DNA of 64,000 bases from a bacterium (GTDB lineage Bacteria; SAR324; NAC60-12). Positions 62,544 through 64,000 of the stretch are shown in pieces. A program made the position numbers and the translations under genes. The notes below the pieces were generated by a model, which was not told the DNA's origin, did no database searches, and saw only the letters and a list, made by a program, of their open reading frames with translations. How positions within the stretch are numbered: the first letter of the stretch is position 1; every line of letters begins with the position of its first letter. The DNA lies in assembly GCA_965209155.1 (NCBI GenBank), contig OZ242383.1, positions 2,592,001-2,656,000 of the forward strand, written 5' to 3'.

Positions 62544-63093
62544 AATCTGATTAAACCACCAGCTCTGCTGGTGCGAACCTAATAGGCTTTGCCGGTCAGA
62601 CATGAGAAACGTATCCGTGTCCGTTAGCCGTGCTCGTGAACGGTCAGTGAATTCGACGGCACATTTTGGTTAACATAGAAACAATGCGATGAAGTAACTG
62701 TTTCCCTTCGTCAAATAAAGGAGGCTGGATGATCTTCAACACGTTTAAAACATCGAGAATAGCAGCGCATTCCATTGCGGAACCTCGGGCAAACGCATAG
62801 AATCGTTGCTTGTCAGGAAAGGAATTATTTCCACAGCCTTCTGCGATATTGAGAGGAATCGACCATGAGGCCCTTTTCAGTTGGTCAACTAAGGCTGAGT
62901 ATTCTTTTGGCAATGTTTCGATGACTTGGACAGATAACGCCAAAAATTCGATGGAACATTGGTATACATCGAGTTTTTCATGATCTAACATGGCAGCCTT
63001 TTTCGTTCACGAGCACGTCTTACGATGACGAACACGTTTTGCCCTCATACTGGGGGCCTCTTCAAGCCACCGGCTCTGAAGGTGGTGATGACT
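62544..63093 (-). mobile_element. Element copy 12 (550 bp; one hexamer lost from each inner inverted-repeat arm)
   Basis: Preceded by TAATT; arms CGTGCTCGTGAACG / CGTTCACGAGCACG. Confidence 0.9.
62644..62991 (-). CDS. Four-helix-bundle protein
   Basis: Intact paralog (G30E, K55N). Confidence 0.88.
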   Translation of the reverse strand: MLDHEKLDVYQCSIEFLALSVQVIETLPKEYSALVDQLKRASWSIPLNIAEGCGNNSFPDKQRFYAFARGSAMECAAILDVLNVLKIIQPPLFDEGKQLLHRIVSMLTKMCRRIH

Positions 63094-63204
63094 GTCGGAC
63101 AATGTATTTATATACAAGAGATAATGGAGAATATGCAAACTACTTTTTTAGAAACTGGTGTTTCGTGAACAAAATTTGCTAAGAATTCATTTGGGATTCA
63201 ATGG

Positions 63205-63380
63205 AGAGAGGCACAAAGGGAAGAGAGGCACACAAGCACAAAGGCACAAAGGCACAAAGGGAAGAGAGGCACACAGGCGCGAAGAAAGGCACAAAGGCAC
63301 AAAGGGAAGAGAGGCATAAAGGCACACAGGCACAAAGGCACAAAGGGAAGAGAGGCATAAAGGCACAAAGGCACAAAGGT
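63205..63380 (+). repeat. AGGCACAA octamer array
   Basis: Directly visible tandem degenerate octamers. Confidence 0.9.
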
Positions 63381-63504
63381 GACTGAGGAGCTCTATGGAT
63401 TGAGCAGTCAAATCAGACGGTGCGCAGTTTCCGGTTGGAGACCTTGAGGATGGCAAAAAAACCTGTTAAGACTTTTTTATCGAATGCATTTTTCAAACCC
63501 GTGA

Positions 63505-64000
<496 letters not shown>

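Overview
Bacterial chromosomal window made mostly of housekeeping genes: mlaA/mlaC/MMPL, lysA, oadGAB, lpxD, arfB, purC, purA, proC, gcvT/gcvP, argC, hemE, tatB, nth, lysC, coaE and the start of proS. The dominant unusual signal is a 562-bp repeated element present 12 times in 64 kb. Nine copies carry an intact 115-aa four-helix-bundle gene (23S-rRNA-IVP/bAvd-like); three have internal deletions. The element has no transposase. It has IS200/IS605-like subterminal hairpins at both ends and inserts after AATT with no target duplication (an empty homologous site is in the window). It occurs as a precise end-to-end tandem, and its cargo gene sits inside its own 42-nt, 6-nt-periodic inverted repeat. 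It looks like a non-autonomous HUH-type element whose tnpA was replaced by an IVS-like four-helix-bundle cassette. Six copies cluster at 12.8-21.4 kb around a Septu-like ATPase+HNH pair and two toxin-antitoxin pairs. Also found: a probable selenoprotein (UxxC thioredoxin-like, in-frame TGA plus hairpin), a second TIR-bounded MITE targeted by the first element, strand-polarised AGGCACAA/CTGATAA/palindrome mosaic arrays, a NadD-PncC-like fusion, an archaeal-type 2-phosphoglycerate kinase + ApgM pair, and a BrxF remnant. No rRNA, tRNA or CRISPR array was recognised. All family calls come from motif recognition by eye, not database searches.
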